From assembly GCA_015257795.3 (NCBI GenBank), contig CP072208.2, positions 120,001 through 152,000 on the forward strand: 32,000 nucleotides of DNA, given 5' to 3'. Positions 17,472 through 25,097 of this stretch are shown piece by piece. How positions within the stretch are numbered: the first letter of the stretch is position 1; every line of letters starts with the position of its first letter. The stretch comes from Candidatus Nanogingivalaceae bacterium (GTDB taxonomy: Bacteria; Patescibacteriota; Saccharimonadia; Saccharimonadales; Saccharimonadaceae). The position numbers and the translations under genes were made by a program. Below the pieces are notes generated by a model. The model saw nothing but the letters and a program-made list of their open reading frames with translations. It had not been told where the DNA came from and made no database searches.

Positions 17472-18793
17472 TGTCTTTATCTAATGATTTTAGAGAATTT
17501 TGCGAAAATGAACTGTCCATGACTGATGAGGAATGGGAAAAATGGGAGAATAGATTAAAAGAGATTACGAAACAACTTAATCGAAAATACTATTCCTTAG
17601 ATGAGCTTGACGATCAAGAAACTGACAACGGTTTGATTGTTGGTAGTATAGGGAGAATGACAGCTGTTCGAAATGTTAGTGATTTTGATTATATTTTTAC
17701 ATTACCATCAGAAGTATATAGACGATTTGATAATTACGAGGGAAATGGGCAATCTGCACTTTTACAAGAAATTAAAAATGAATTATTAAAAAGATATCCT
17801 GATACTAATATAAAAGGAGATGGACAGGTTGTTGTTATTGATTTTTCGGATGGTCGAAAGATTGAGTTAGTTCCAGCTTTTGAACAACCTGATGGTAGTT
17901 TTATATATCCTGATTCTCATAAAGAAGGTTCTTGGGGAACTACTAAGCCAAAGCTTGAAATTGAAAAATGTAAATCTTTAAATTTGAATTTTAACAATCA
18001 TTTCTCTAATTTAACAAGGCTCATGCGACGATGGAAAAATCATACGGGCTTTTCATTTAAGGGGTTGCTGATAGATACTTTGATATCCGATTTTATTGAC
18101 GATAAAGGTATTTCTGAAATATATTACTCTGATTATAATATTCTCTTGAAAGATATTTTTGAATACTTTTCAAATCAAGATAGAAATAGAGAGTATTGGT
18201 ATGCTTTAGGCAGTAATCAAAAGATTTACAATAATGATGGAGCAAAATTTATCAATAAAGCTAAGAAGGCTCTAAAGAGAATAGAAGATGCTTCAGAAGA
18301 GGAACTTACTGAAGTTTATAGACGGCTATTTGGTAGGCAATTCGCCAAATCTAGCTCTACGATAAATAGGGCAGCGAATGAAGAATTTATTGACGAGTTG
18401 TTCAATATTGATATCCAATATAATATTATTTTGGAGTGTGAAATTACTCAAAACGGTTATCGAAGAGCATTTCTTTCTGATTTTTTAAAGAAGGGGTATA
18501 AAATTAAGAGTAAGAAATCTCTCGATTTTAAAATTATAAAATCAAATATTCCAGATGAATACAGAAGAAAAATTAAGTATTATTGGAAAGTCAGAAATAT
18601 TGGAAATGAGGCAATTAAAAGGAAATGTGAGCGTGGTGATATTATTGAAGATGAAATAGAACATCACGAAGATTCTCAGTTTGAAGGAGACCACTATGTT
18701 GAATGTTATGCTGTTTTAGATAATACGGTTATAGCAAGAGATAGAATAACAGTGCCTATTGACCCGTTAAATGGGAAAGACTATGCATTTTAA
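17471..18793 (+). CDS. SMODS/CD-NTase-like nucleotidyltransferase with an extra C-terminal domain (possible AGS-C-type sensor)
   Basis: The start overlaps the upstream stop (TAATG). Pol-beta NTase signature G58-S59-x11-D71-x-D73 (VGSIGRMTAVRNVSDFDYIF). A third acidic strand follows (VVVIDFSDGRKIELVPAF). The segment GSWGTTKPK...LTRLMRRWKNH...KGLLIDTL is typical of OAS/cGAS/SMODS-type enzymes. About 140 further C-terminal residues carry no motif I recognise. Confidence 0.7.
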   Translation: MSLSNDFREFCENELSMTDEEWEKWENRLKEITKQLNRKYYSLDELDDQETDNGLIVGSIGRMTAVRNVSDFDYIFTLPSEVYRRFDNYEGNGQSALLQEIKNELLKRYPDTNIKGDGQVVVIDFSDGRKIELVPAFEQPDGSFIYPDSHKEGSWGTTKPKLEIEKCKSLNLNFNNHFSNLTRLMRRWKNHTGFSFKGLLIDTLISDFIDDKGISEIYYSDYNILLKDIFEYFSNQDRNREYWYALGSNQKIYNNDGAKFINKAKKALKRIEDASEEELTEVYRRLFGRQFAKSSSTINRAANEEFIDELFNIDIQYNIILECEITQNGYRRAFLSDFLKKGYKIKSKKSLDFKIIKSNIPDEYRRKIKYYWKVRNIGNEAIKRKCERGDIIEDEIEHHEDSQFEGDHYVECYAVLDNTVIARDRITVPIDPLNGKDYAF

Positions 18794-18809
18794 ACTTTTC
18801 AATATTCTT

Positions 18810-18844
18810 CCTAAACCCAGCGATTCCGAGTTGCTGGGTTTAGG
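18810..18844 (+). terminator. Strong intrinsic terminator closing the SLATT-NTase operon
   Basis: Perfect 12-bp stem cctaaacccagc / gctgggtttagg with an 11-nt loop, followed by a T/A-rich tract. Confidence 0.75.
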
Positions 18845-18912
18845 TTAAAAAGTTTTTAACTATTCACCTATTAGATCTAATATATCTTTTAGCTTAATTT
18901 ATATTTAAAAGC

Positions 18913-18941
18913 TTGAAAATATCTTTAATTTTTGATAAAAT
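18913..18941 (+). promoter_or_regulatory. Promoter of the ileS leader
   Basis: TTGAAA (18913-18918), a 17-nt spacer and an extended -10 TGaTAAAAT (18933-18941). Confidence 0.5.
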
Positions 18942-18970
18942 AAGCTTATAAAAGCGTTTTATTTTGATAA

Positions 18971-19139
18971 ATGAGCGGCTATCAACCGCGAAGCTCCCAG
19001 AAGAAAGGTTTAACCGATTAGAACTGGGCGGGAAAGCTCCGTGAAAGCTAAAATTAAGGGCTAAAAGAATCACTTCTTTTGGAATCGAGATGGTATCGCC
19101 GAGCTTGCTTGGTTCTCGAATCTAAAAGAGGTGATTTTT
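18971..19139 (+). promoter_or_regulatory. T-box-like riboswitch leader of ileS (Ile AUC specifier)
   Basis: The hairpin gcgg-CUAUCAA-ccgc (18975-18989) displays AUC followed by A in a 7-nt loop and is flanked by GA-rich K-turn-like sequence. An antiterminator-like element spans 19085-19119. It comprises helix tcgaga/tctcga, the 7-nt bulge UGGUAUC (T-box consensus UGGNACC), helix gccgag/cttggt and a tetraloop. T-run at 19135-19139. Confidence 0.6.
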
Positions 19140-19157
19140 AATTTAAAAGGAGGAAGA

Positions 19158-22055
19158 ATGAAATTTCAAGCAAACTCAAGAAGACGGGCAAAAGAATATG
19201 AAGCCGATGTTTTGGCGCGCTGGAAAGCAGAAAATACCTTTAAACAATCAGTTGAAAACCGTAGCGAAGATAACGCTTTTGTGTTTTATGATGGTCCTCC
19301 ATTCATTACTGGTGTGCCACACCACGGAACACTCCTTAGCTCAATCGTAAAAGATGCTGTTCCGCGCTATCAAACAATGAAAGGCAAGCGAGTTGAACGC
19401 CGTTGGGGTTGGGATACGCACGGTTTGCCAGCCGAAAACTTTGTTGAGAAAAAGCTCGGTATCACTTCTCGACACGAAGTTGGTGAAAAAATTTCACTCG
19501 CCGAATATATCACAACTGCGCGCGAGAGCATGGTTTCGAACGCGGCACTTTGGGAAAGCACGATTGATCGCATCGGTCGTTGGGTTGAATTTAAAAATGC
19601 CTACAAAACAATGGATAAAAACTTCATGGAAAGTGTTTGGTGGGCGTTCAAAACTCTTTACGAAAAGGGTAAAATTTATGAAGGTGAACGCGTTTTGATG
19701 TATGATACGGCGTGGGCAACTCCGCTTTCAAAAAGTGAAGTCACAATGGACAACGACGCCTATAAAACTGTGACTGACCCAAGCGTTTTTGTGAAATTCT
19801 GGTTGAAAGATTTCGAAGATGCAGAAGGTTCAAAAGATAAAACTGCAATGCTCGCCTGGACAACAACTCCTTGGACTTTGCCAGCAAATATGGGCCTATT
19901 TGTTAACCCAGATTTCACTTATGCAAAAGTTAAAGTTGGTGATGAATTCTATATTTTAGCAAAAGATTTGCTCGAAAAAGTTTTTGTTGATGAAAAAAAA
20001 CAACCGATTCCTTTCGAAATTGTTAATTTGATTGATGGTTCAGAATTGGTTGGTTTGAGCTACGAACCACTTTTCGAAGATTCGAAATATTCCGGTGAAG
20101 GTGAAGAGAACGCTTATAAAGTTTGGGGCGCAGATTACGTTTCTCTTGAAAGTGGAACGGGAATTGTTCACTCGGCACCAGCATATGGTGAAGAAGACTT
20201 CAACTTTGGTAAAGAATACGGAATTCCAGTTTTCCACGTTTTAGACGAATATGGAAAATATTTGAACGGTGAATTTGCCGGAAAAGATGTTTGGGAATTC
20301 AACAAGCCGCTTGCTAAAATCTTGAAAGAGCGTGGTGTAGTTTGGAAAATTGATTACATTCGTCACGAATACCCACACAATCCACGAACAGGTCACCGAT
20401 TGATGTATCGCGCGCACCCAAGCTGGTTCTTTGATATTCAAGGTCAAAAAGAATTAATGCTTGAGCAAAACGAAAATATCAATTGGTTCCCAGCACACTT
20501 GAAGCATGGTCGTTTCGAAAAGAATCTTGAAGCTGCACCAGATTGGAATCTGTCGCGTGACCGTTTTTGGGCGACTGCAATGCCAGTTTGGAAGTCTGAA
20601 AGTGGTAAAATCCGCGTGGTTGGTTCTTATGCTGAACTTAAAGAATTGAGCGGCGTGGAACTTGAAGACTATCACCGACCTTGGGTCGATGAAATTACTT
20701 TCGAAATTGATGGTGAAAAATATACTCGAATTGATAAAGTGCTTGACTGTTGGTTCGAAAGTGGTTCAATGCCGTTCGCGCAATTCCATTATCCTTTCGA
20801 AAACAAAGAAAAATTTGAAAAGAATTTCCCAGGCGACTTTATTGTTGAATATATTGGTCAGGTTCGTGCATGGTTCTATTATGTTCACGCTGTAAACACT
20901 GCTTTGTTTGGCAAAAACGCCTTCAAAAACGTGATTACAACTGGTGTTGTTGCCGGAAACGATGGCCGCAAGATGAGTAAATCTCTTGGAAACTACACCG
21001 ATCCAAACGAACTAATGGATCAATATTCTGCCGACAGCTTGCGATTCTTGTTGCTTACTAGCCCACTTTTGAACGGTGAAGATTTTGCACTTCACGACAA
21101 GGATGTTTCAGATGTTGCGCGCAAGCTTTCGATGATTTGGAACATGTATGATTTCTTCACAATGTATGCCAGTGTTGACGGTTGGGAATTTAACGGCGAA
21201 CTCAAAGATCCTTCAAAAGATCTAGAAAATCCACTTGATAAATGGATTGTGAGTCGTGTTCACGAGCTTCGAAACGAAATTACAGAAAACATGGACGTTT
21301 ATAACATTCCACGTGCGCTTGAAGGTGTTTTACCATTCCTCGATGATGCTTCGAACTGGTTTGTGCGCCGTTCACGACGTCGTTTCTGGAAGAGTGAAAA
21401 TGGTGCCGATAAACTTCAAGCTTATCAAACGCTTCACTATGTTTTGAGCTATCTTGCGTTGATTCTTGCACCATTTGTACCGTTCTTGGCAGAAGAGCTC
21501 TGGAGTAAAATGGTTAATGATGGTTCAGTTCACTTGAAAGATTGGCCAGAAGCTGGTGAAATTGATAAAGACTTGATTGCTAAAATGGCTGAAGTTCGCG
21601 GTTATGTGAATGAGGCTCTCGCGCTTCGAGCAAAGAACGGCATGAAGATTCGCCAACCGCTTGCTAGTGTGAAAGTTCCAAAAAATGCTGATACTTTCGA
21701 TTTTACGCCAATTCTAATGGAAGAATTGAACGTTAAAGCTGTTGAATATGGTGGCGAAGAAGTTGATTTCGACTTTGAACTAACTCCTGAGCTCCGTGCG
21801 GAAGGTTTAATGCGTGAGATTATTCGCCACATTCAGGCCACACGTAAGAAAGCTGGATTAAATGTTGATGATCGAATTGAACTTAACTTTACATCTGAAA
21901 ATACTGAAGTTCTCGATGCGTTTAAAAAATTTGAACAAGAAATTTCGAAAGAAGTTCTGGCTACAAAAGTTGAAATTTCAGAAGATGAACTTGACTTTAC
22001 TCAAACTGTAAAAGTTGAAGGTTCTGAAGCAAAAATTTCACTCAAAAAAGCTTAG
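19158..22055 (+). CDS. ileS: Isoleucyl-tRNA synthetase (type-2 / eukaryote-like architecture)
   Basis: ATG at 19158 after aaaaggagg; the track's GTG at 19131 lies inside the leader helix. GPPFITGVPHHGTLL is the HIGH region, here HHGT. Also present: the editing domain, WFESGSMPF, KMSKSLGN, and the C-terminal EGLMREIIRHIQATRKKAGLNVDDRI without Cys clusters. Confidence 0.96.
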   Translation: MKFQANSRRRAKEYEADVLARWKAENTFKQSVENRSEDNAFVFYDGPPFITGVPHHGTLLSSIVKDAVPRYQTMKGKRVERRWGWDTHGLPAENFVEKKLGITSRHEVGEKISLAEYITTARESMVSNAALWESTIDRIGRWVEFKNAYKTMDKNFMESVWWAFKTLYEKGKIYEGERVLMYDTAWATPLSKSEVTMDNDAYKTVTDPSVFVKFWLKDFEDAEGSKDKTAMLAWTTTPWTLPANMGLFVNPDFTYAKVKVGDEFYILAKDLLEKVFVDEKKQPIPFEIVNLIDGSELVGLSYEPLFEDSKYSGEGEENAYKVWGADYVSLESGTGIVHSAPAYGEEDFNFGKEYGIPVFHVLDEYGKYLNGEFAGKDVWEFNKPLAKILKERGVVWKIDYIRHEYPHNPRTGHRLMYRAHPSWFFDIQGQKELMLEQNENINWFPAHLKHGRFEKNLEAAPDWNLSRDRFWATAMPVWKSESGKIRVVGSYAELKELSGVELEDYHRPWVDEITFEIDGEKYTRIDKVLDCWFESGSMPFAQFHYPFENKEKFEKNFPGDFIVEYIGQVRAWFYYVHAVNTALFGKNAFKNVITTGVVAGNDGRKMSKSLGNYTDPNELMDQYSADSLRFLLLTSPLLNGEDFALHDKDVSDVARKLSMIWNMYDFFTMYASVDGWEFNGELKDPSKDLENPLDKWIVSRVHELRNEITENMDVYNIPRALEGVLPFLDDASNWFVRRSRRRFWKSENGADKLQAYQTLHYVLSYLALILAPFVPFLAEELWSKMVNDGSVHLKDWPEAGEIDKDLIAKMAEVRGYVNEALALRAKNGMKIRQPLASVKVPKNADTFDFTPILMEELNVKAVEYGGEEVDFDFELTPELRAEGLMREIIRHIQATRKKAGLNVDDRIELNFTSENTEVLDAFKKFEQEISKEVLATKVEISEDELDFTQTVKVEGSEAKISLKKA

Positions 22056-22072
22056 CCAAGATATTGACAATC

Positions 22073-22116
22073 AAAATAACTTATGCTATAATACAAGCAT
22101 AAGTTATTTTTTAAAC
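22073..22116 (+). terminator. ileS terminator hairpin overlapping a promoter-like TTGACA-17-TATAAT
   Basis: 14-bp stem aaaataacttatgc / gcataagttatttt (22073-22086 / 22097-22110) followed by a T-run. TTGACA (22064-22069) and TATAAT (22087-22092, in the loop) are spaced 17 nt apart. Confidence 0.6.
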
Positions 22117-22144
22117 AAAAAACATAAAAAATCAAAAGGCAAAA

Positions 22145-22618
22145 ATGGAAAATTTTAAGATAAACGATTATAGTACGAACGAGCAGGATAAAAAGTCTCT
22201 TGAACGAGAGAGTAATTTTGAAGAGTTTCAAGATTTTAAATTCGATTCTTTCGAAAGCTTAAATTCTGAACAGCAAAAAGAAATCGAAAAAACACAAGAG
22301 AGTTCAAAAAATGAAGCTCTTGAGAATTTGAACGATATTTATGCGCGCGAACGAAACACCGATCGCGAAAACAGTAGTTTTTTCTTGCGAGATGATGAAA
22401 TTAAAAACTTGAATATTGTGCATTTCGAAGATTATGACGCAAACTTCGAAACTTATGAAGGTCGCGAAAACGAATTCAGTTTGCGTGAAAATCAATTTAA
22501 AACGCAAGAAGAACTTGTTCAAGAAATTAGCACAATGAAATCTGTTCGCCGAGAAGTTCCAGCAGGGCAACGTTTCTCAAATATTATTCGGGCAATTTCT
22601 GGAAAAATTGCAGCTTAA
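22145..22618 (+). CDS. Acidic hypothetical protein
   Basis: ORF with SD-like aaaaggc upstream. Rich in E, N and F. No signal peptide and no known motif. Confidence 0.55.
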   Translation: MENFKINDYSTNEQDKKSLERESNFEEFQDFKFDSFESLNSEQQKEIEKTQESSKNEALENLNDIYARERNTDRENSSFFLRDDEIKNLNIVHFEDYDANFETYEGRENEFSLRENQFKTQEELVQEISTMKSVRREVPAGQRFSNIIRAISGKIAA

Positions 22619-22630
22619 TATCTGGCAAAA

Positions 22631-22660
22631 AGAAAATCGGTAGAAATATCGATTTTCTTT
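22631..22660 (+). terminator. Hairpin terminator after the 22145 gene
   Basis: agaaaatcg / cgattttct stem with a 10-nt loop, then ttt. Confidence 0.5.
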
Positions 22661-22670
22661 TAAAAAAGTG

Positions 22671-22699
22671 TTGACATTTTATTACGCTTGTGGTAAAAT
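22671..22699 (+). promoter_or_regulatory. Promoter of the surface-protein genes
   Basis: TTGACA (22671-22676), a 17-nt spacer and an extended -10 TGgTAAAAT (22691-22699). Confidence 0.55.
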
Positions 22700-22736
22700 A
22701 CGGGAGTAAATAAATTAAAAATAAACAAGGACAGAA

Positions 22737-25073
22737 ATGAAGAACGGGAATAATCTCAATCCTACACCTGACACAAGTAAGTCTTTTGAGGAAGCTTATG
22801 GTGCTTGGGATACTCTGCAAGAGGAGTTAGCCCAGCAAAAGCGTGAAGAAGAACTTGCAAAGGGTGCAGAAAATTACGAGAAAGCTGTTCGTGATGCGAT
22901 CGATAAAGGTGATCAAACTGCCTTTAACGAGATGGCTGAACGTGACGAGCACTATCGTAAAATGGAAAATGGTGAAAATCGAATAGATGATGAACAGCCA
23001 TACGAATCTTCAGTACTTTCGCAAGAAGAAATGGCACAAGCTGTAAAATCTAGCGATGAAATTCAAAAAATGGATTTGCTTGCTCGTAGAGTCCAAAATG
23101 CTGGAAGCGACGAAGCTAAAGCAAAATACCAACAACAACTAGTTGAACTTTCGAATGATTTTTCGAAAGGTGAAGGTGCTATTGCAGTTAAAGATTGGCA
23201 CGACCAATCTCAATGGGATTTTCGAGAAGCTAGTCAAGCTGAAGGATTCCGCCAAAAAGTTCTTGATTCAATTTGGGAAAAAGCAATGGAAACTCCAAAA
23301 GCTGACGATCAAGAAAATGATAACTCAAATGACAATGATCAAGAACCGCAGGTTGCTGATAATATAGATAATCAACAAGCTCAAAACGTTGATAATATCG
23401 ATGATCAAAAAGTTAGTGTTAACTATAATGTTGAAAATAATATCGACAATCAAAAAGTTAGCGTCAATTATAATGTTGAAAATAACATTGATGATGAGCA
23501 GAAGCCAGAAATGATTGAACAAAACGAGTATGAGAAGAAATTTGACGAAATGCTCGTAAATGGCGCAACAGCTGATGAATTAGCAAGATATCGTCGTTCA
23601 ATTCGCGCAGACTTTATTAATACAGGAGAAATGACACCTGAAAATAAAGAGATGTTAAAGCGTATGGAAAAAGTTGGTTATGCAGTTGGCGATATTGCAC
23701 GAGAAAACGCTAAAGATACAGAAAACAATGCCGAAGAAAAAGTTGGACGATTCCAAAAACTCAAGAAAAAAATTGGTAAAAATATCTTGAAACTTGGCGC
23801 ATTAGCTGGTCTTGGTATAACTGTATTCGGAGTTGGTCGCCAAGCTACTGAGTCGGTTCGTACTAACAATAGTGAACCAAAAGTAGAAAATAAAACTAAG
23901 ACAGAACTTGGTGATGTTTCTGCGACTGAATTCAGCAAACATGCAAGCTTTGATAGCAGCAATGCTCAAGAGCAAGAAAAGAACTTTAATAACGGAAAAT
24001 ACGATTCAGAAAATAACGACTACAATAAAGTTGATCAAAAAGAGAATCAGTATTCGATTGGTACAAGTGTAGCGGAACTTTCAAATGAAGACTTCCAGAA
24101 AAATATGATTGAATCGCACAGTGAAGATGACATTGAATATATGGGACAATTCTTTGTTAACGATTCTGAAGCGGCTCAAAAATATTTGGGAATGTCGAAC
24201 GGCGAAGTTGACAACTTAGTTGATGCTGCACGAAACGGCGACCAATCTGCTTTCCAAAAATTGAATGAAGCTTATTCAAACTATATGGCTGGCGCTAAAG
24301 TTGTTGGTCAAGAAGCTTTGGAAGGTGATTATTACTCAATCTTTGTGAATGGTGATAAAAATTATGCTCACTCTGAAGGTGCGTTTGGCGGAACAGCGCG
24401 TGTTGTTCAATTGAAAAATGGTCAACAAATTTTGATCCGTGACCAATGTAAGCAGTTGATGATGAAGAAGCAGGTGAATGTTCCTAGCGGATGGACAACT
24501 CCAACAATTCCGTTTGGTCAAACTTATACTCCACCCGCTCCAAACACACCACCAACACCGGAAACTCCACCGGAGACACCTCCAAACACTCCACCGGAAA
24601 CTCCACCGGAGACACCTCCAAACACTCCACCGGAAACTCCACCGGAGACACCTCCAAACACTCCACCGGAAACTCCACCGGAGACACCTCCAACACCGGA
24701 AACTAAGTTTACAGAAGATCAGTCAATCTATAACTACGGCGGCTCTGTAACTAAAATGGATGCTGGAGAATTAACTCAAGCTCCAACTGCGGCAGAAGAA
24801 GCTGGTAAGGCGACTTATGATGTAGCACCAGGTGCTGAAACTACGATTGCTGCTGAAGGTATAGATAGTAGTATCGATAACTCAAATATAGCTAACCAAG
24901 CTAGTCAGTATGGTGGTGAAATAACTACTGATCAAGCTGCAGCACAAGCTGCGCAACAAGTTGAGGCTTCAGCAAATGCGCAAGCTAATGCTCAAGATCA
25001 AAATCAGTCTGTAAATATCGGTGGTCAGAATATTTCATATGATGATATTCAAAGAGCACAGAACGGGCAATAA
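22737..25073 (+). CDS. Large repeat-containing single-pass membrane or surface protein
   Basis: No signal peptide. An acidic N-terminal region of about 350 aa contains NID(N/D)QKVSVNYNVEN repeats. One TM segment (ILKLGALAGLGITVFGVG, nt about 23781-23840) follows. The extracytoplasmic region carries a (PETPPETPPNTP)n linker and a Q/A/N-rich tail. Confidence 0.7.
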   Translation: MKNGNNLNPTPDTSKSFEEAYGAWDTLQEELAQQKREEELAKGAENYEKAVRDAIDKGDQTAFNEMAERDEHYRKMENGENRIDDEQPYESSVLSQEEMAQAVKSSDEIQKMDLLARRVQNAGSDEAKAKYQQQLVELSNDFSKGEGAIAVKDWHDQSQWDFREASQAEGFRQKVLDSIWEKAMETPKADDQENDNSNDNDQEPQVADNIDNQQAQNVDNIDDQKVSVNYNVENNIDNQKVSVNYNVENNIDDEQKPEMIEQNEYEKKFDEMLVNGATADELARYRRSIRADFINTGEMTPENKEMLKRMEKVGYAVGDIARENAKDTENNAEEKVGRFQKLKKKIGKNILKLGALAGLGITVFGVGRQATESVRTNNSEPKVENKTKTELGDVSATEFSKHASFDSSNAQEQEKNFNNGKYDSENNDYNKVDQKENQYSIGTSVAELSNEDFQKNMIESHSEDDIEYMGQFFVNDSEAAQKYLGMSNGEVDNLVDAARNGDQSAFQKLNEAYSNYMAGAKVVGQEALEGDYYSIFVNGDKNYAHSEGAFGGTARVVQLKNGQQILIRDQCKQLMMKKQVNVPSGWTTPTIPFGQTYTPPAPNTPPTPETPPETPPNTPPETPPETPPNTPPETPPETPPNTPPETPPETPPTPETKFTEDQSIYNYGGSVTKMDAGELTQAPTAAEEAGKATYDVAPGAETTIAAEGIDSSIDNSNIANQASQYGGEITTDQAAAQAAQQVEASANAQANAQDQNQSVNIGGQNISYDDIQRAQNGQ
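23394..23483 (+). repeat. Two tandem 45-nt in-frame repeats (NID[D/N]QKVSVNYNVEN)
   Basis: 23394-23438 and 23439-23483 encode near-identical 15-aa units. The DNA differs mostly at synonymous sites (gttagtgttaactat vs gttagcgtcaattat). Confidence 0.85.
24558..24692 (+). repeat. Perfect 36-nt tandem repeat, about 3.75 copies (PETPPETPPNTP)
   Basis: ccggaaactccaccggagacacctccaaacactcca is repeated identically at 24558, 24594 and 24630. A 27-nt partial copy lies at 24666-24692. Degenerate P/T-rich sequence flanks the tract. Confidence 0.9.
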
Positions 25074-25097
25074 TTTAAAAAATAAAAAAGGCAAAAA

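Noticed and set aside
16355-18944. 11-nt direct repeat GATAAAATAAG at 16355-16365 and 18934-18944 flanking the SLATT/NTase islet, as possible att or target-site duplication
   Set aside because: Both copies lie in very AT-rich DNA, where an 11-mer match between two regions of several hundred nt is plausible by chance. The right copy also overlaps the ileS promoter -10. No integrase, tRNA or inverted repeats are adjacent.
19131-19157. Track start (GTG at 19131) for ileS, giving MIFNLKGGRM...
   Set aside because: These 27 nt lie inside the leader helix and T-run and contain the real SD (aaaaggagg). The ATG at 19158 gives a canonical IleRS N-terminus.
24478-24750. ORFs in alternative frames and on the opposite strand across the P/T repeat (24478-24750 +, 24491-24706 +, 24484-24696 -)
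   Set aside because: These are artefacts of the 36-nt tandem repeat, which stays open in several frames. The frame continuous with the 778-aa protein is the coding one. It is not a CRISPR array, because the repeats are contiguous with no spacers.
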